A stretch of DNA of 64,000 bases. Source: Prevotella sp. CAG:279. Lineage in GTDB: Bacteria > Bacillota > Clostridia > Lachnospirales > Lachnospiraceae. Made by a program: the position numbers and the translations under genes. Below the pieces are notes generated by a model. The model was not told where the DNA came from and ran no database searches. It saw only the letters and a list, made by a program, of their open reading frames with translations. Positions 62,525-64,000 of the stretch are shown here, in pieces (within the stretch, counting starts at the first letter, position 1; every line of letters begins with the position of its first letter). The stretch lies in the NCBI GenBank assembly GCA_963637505.1, contig CAVHNP010000001.1:36879-100878 (forward strand), given 5' to 3'.

Positions 62525-63016
62525 TTACTTACTTCTGTCTGTCTCTTTTTTCCCAAACAGTACCAGCAGCAAAGCTGCTCCCGCAGCCAGCAGGATCATC
62601 TCAAAAACGATCGAAGAAAAATCTTCTCCCGTCTTGACTCCGCCTGCCTTTTGCAGCAGGGAAGCTATACTATCCTTCTTCTGGCTCTTCTGCGGCAGGT
62701 TTTTCGGTTCGGAATAGGCAGCCACCAAGGTCAGATGCTCGGTCACCGGCTTACTGAAATCCCAGAACAGTCCGCTTTTCTCATCCTTCCAGCCGTAAAA
62801 GCTGCAGCCTTCCTTTCCCTTGGCCTCCGGCGCCTTTAAGAGGCTTCCGACCTCCACCTTCTGGGTGGTCGAGCTGCCGTCATAATCCTTATAGGTTACC
62901 GTAGCCGGAACAGAATAGCTGATCAGGCTGGCTCTCGTGTCCGCGAAAACCGTCACCCTTGTCATGCAGGAAAGAAGAAGCAGCATGCACAGAAGCGATA
63001 AAAATACTTTTTTCAT
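62525..63016 (-). CDS. Small cell-surface protein with one Listeria-Bacteroides (Flg_new) repeat and a sorting-signal-like C-terminus
   Basis: Start at MKKVFLSLL (GAGGAGG RBS) with a signal peptide. It has the motif GCSFYGWKD...LTLVAAY. The C-terminus is GVKTGE + a hydrophobic helix + KKETDRSK. Confidence 0.65.
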   Translation of the reverse strand: MKKVFLSLLCMLLLLSCMTRVTVFADTRASLISYSVPATVTYKDYDGSSTTQKVEVGSLLKAPEAKGKEGCSFYGWKDEKSGLFWDFSKPVTEHLTLVAAYSEPKNLPQKSQKKDSIASLLQKAGGVKTGEDFSSIVFEMILLAAGAALLLVLFGKKETDRSK

Positions 63017-63049
63017 AGATTGCCTCCTCAACAAACTTTCCTCTTTCTA

Positions 63050-64000
63050 TTAGGGTCCTGCCTTTTTGTCCTCCGGAAGAAGGACTTCTGCTCCCGTCTC
63101 CGCCTGATCGCCGGACTCACTTGCTGTGCTGACCGGCGAGGAAGTATTTGCTGTTACCGCTTTATTGAGCAGACGAAGGCTCTTACCTAAGCTGCTGTCC
63201 GAGGAAACGCTGCTATCACTTCCGCCATCCTCATCAGAAACAATATTTATCGCATTCGAATTTTCAGTCTCTGACGAACTGCCGCTCTCTCCGGAACTAC
63301 TGCCGGAACTATCGGAACCATTGCTTGAGCCTGAGCTATCGGTCGACTCCGTGCTCTCGCTATCCTCCTTCTCAAAGGCGAAGTAGATGGAAGTATACTG
63401 CGTTAAGGTTACCTCTATCGTCTCATCCTGCTTAAGCATGCCATAAGTAAGAGAAAGCTCCTCTCCTGCTCTGTAAGGACGATAGGCTATGTAGTAGCCC
63501 AGATACCTATAGCCGGCATTTGCCGTTACATTGCTGATCTTGATAACCGTATCTTTATCGAACTGCTGATAATCCACATACTGCTGAGTACCATTCACCG
63601 TAACCGTCGCAGAACCATAATCCGATAAAAGCTCATGATGAGCCTGCTCTTCCCCTTCCGCATCCATATTGTAACTATTGATGTCGAAATAGTAGGAGTG
63701 TGTTTCAGAATCATCCTCTTTGCTCCAATGGGCATAAAGATTTCGATAATCAGACACCATCAGGGCATTCTCTGCCGTTATCTCCGTTGCACCTTTGATT
63801 CCATCCTCTGATGTCCACCAGCCTTCAAATTTGTAGCCCTCTCTGGTCGGTGTCGGAAGCTTATCATAATAATTCTTCTGATCAATCGTAATCGTGGTCG
63901 TACTCGATGTACTTGTACTGCCATCGGCATTCGTGCTCGTAATGATACCATCGCAGGCATTGAGTGTCATGTCGTAATTTGTCATAAAAGGCAGATCCAC
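63050..64000 (-). CDS. Surface/secreted protein fragment (N-terminus beyond the window) with a Flg_new repeat and a Ser-rich tract
   Basis: EGYKFEGWWTSEDG...LYAHW repeat and a serine-rich low-complexity C-terminal region. The ORF is open to the window edge. Confidence 0.6.
   Translation of the reverse strand: MDLPFMTNYDMTLNACDGIITSTNADGSTSTSSTTTITIDQKNYYDKLPTPTREGYKFEGWWTSEDGIKGATEITAENALMVSDYRNLYAHWSKEDDSETHSYYFDINSYNMDAEGEEQAHHELLSDYGSATVTVNGTQQYVDYQQFDKDTVIKISNVTANAGYRYLGYYIAYRPYRAGEELSLTYGMLKQDETIEVTLTQYTSIYFAFEKEDSESTESTDSSGSSNGSDSSGSSSGESGSSSETENSNAINIVSDEDGGSDSSVSSDSSLGKSLRLLNKAVTANTSSPVSTASESGDQAETGAEVLLPEDKKAGP

Noticed and set aside
1-64000. Scanned for CRISPR arrays, rRNA, additional tRNAs, integrases/transposases with terminal repeats, and prophage modules.
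   Set aside because: Nothing was found by eye apart from tRNA-Sec and the frameshifted Rpn-type gene. Short regularly spaced repeats with unique spacers are absent.

Overview
The window looks like Firmicutes (Clostridia/Lachnospiraceae-type) chromosome; the taxon is inferred from gene content only. All calls come from hand reading of the sequence and ORF track, with no database search or folding program.

Positions 1-33 kb form one selenium + molybdopterin + formate block:
- A selenium-utilisation operon on the minus strand (selD-moaC-cysteine desulfurase/Sec-lyase-like-yedF-DUF3343) with a divergent LysR regulator.
- A two-gene NAD(P)-type formate dehydrogenase operon whose alpha subunit is a selenoprotein. 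It has an in-frame TGA at 10028-10030, so the ORF track splits it in two. A SECIS hairpin follows the TGA.
- tRNA-Sec (selC), selA and selB directly downstream.
- On the opposite strand, fdhD plus a paralogous Cys-type copy of the same FDH operon.
- A formate/nitrite-family transporter, a PucR regulator, Moco genes (moeA, a moeA-like paralog, moaA, moaB/mog, MOSC, a mobA-mobB fusion) and modABC.

Positions 33-64 kb are mixed:
- A PucR-controlled permease/aminotransferase/SDR cluster, membrane proteins and a flippase.
- A PerR-like regulator with a rubredoxin-rubrerythrin fusion, and a vapBC toxin-antitoxin pair.
- A polysaccharide deacetylase, and a lipoprotein with a MacB/FtsX-type ABC exporter.
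- Flavodoxin with DUF3793, DegV, 5-formyl-THF cyclo-ligase, aspartate kinase and sbcCD.
- A frameshifted PD-(D/E)XK (Rpn-type) gene and two surface proteins.

Items the ORF track does not explain:
1. A family of ~150-nt long-hairpin intergenic repeats: three full copies, one internally deleted copy and one remnant. Differences between copies are largely compensatory. One copy supplies the last 11 codons and the stop of selB. Another carries a nested insertion.
2. A smaller GC-rich hairpin module found in the selC-selA spacer, nested inside a large repeat, and probably at 39.6 kb.
3. An unannotated 49-codon hydrophobic peptide gene with a strong RBS, an SD/anti-SD arrangement, a convergent antisense promoter and 5'/3' complementary flanks. 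This is a candidate type I toxin-antitoxin locus.
4. A terminator hairpin that the permease operon must read through.
5. Shared dyad motifs upstream of the Sec-FDH operon and in the focA/pucR divergent region.

No CRISPR array, rRNA, integrase or recognisable riboswitch was seen.
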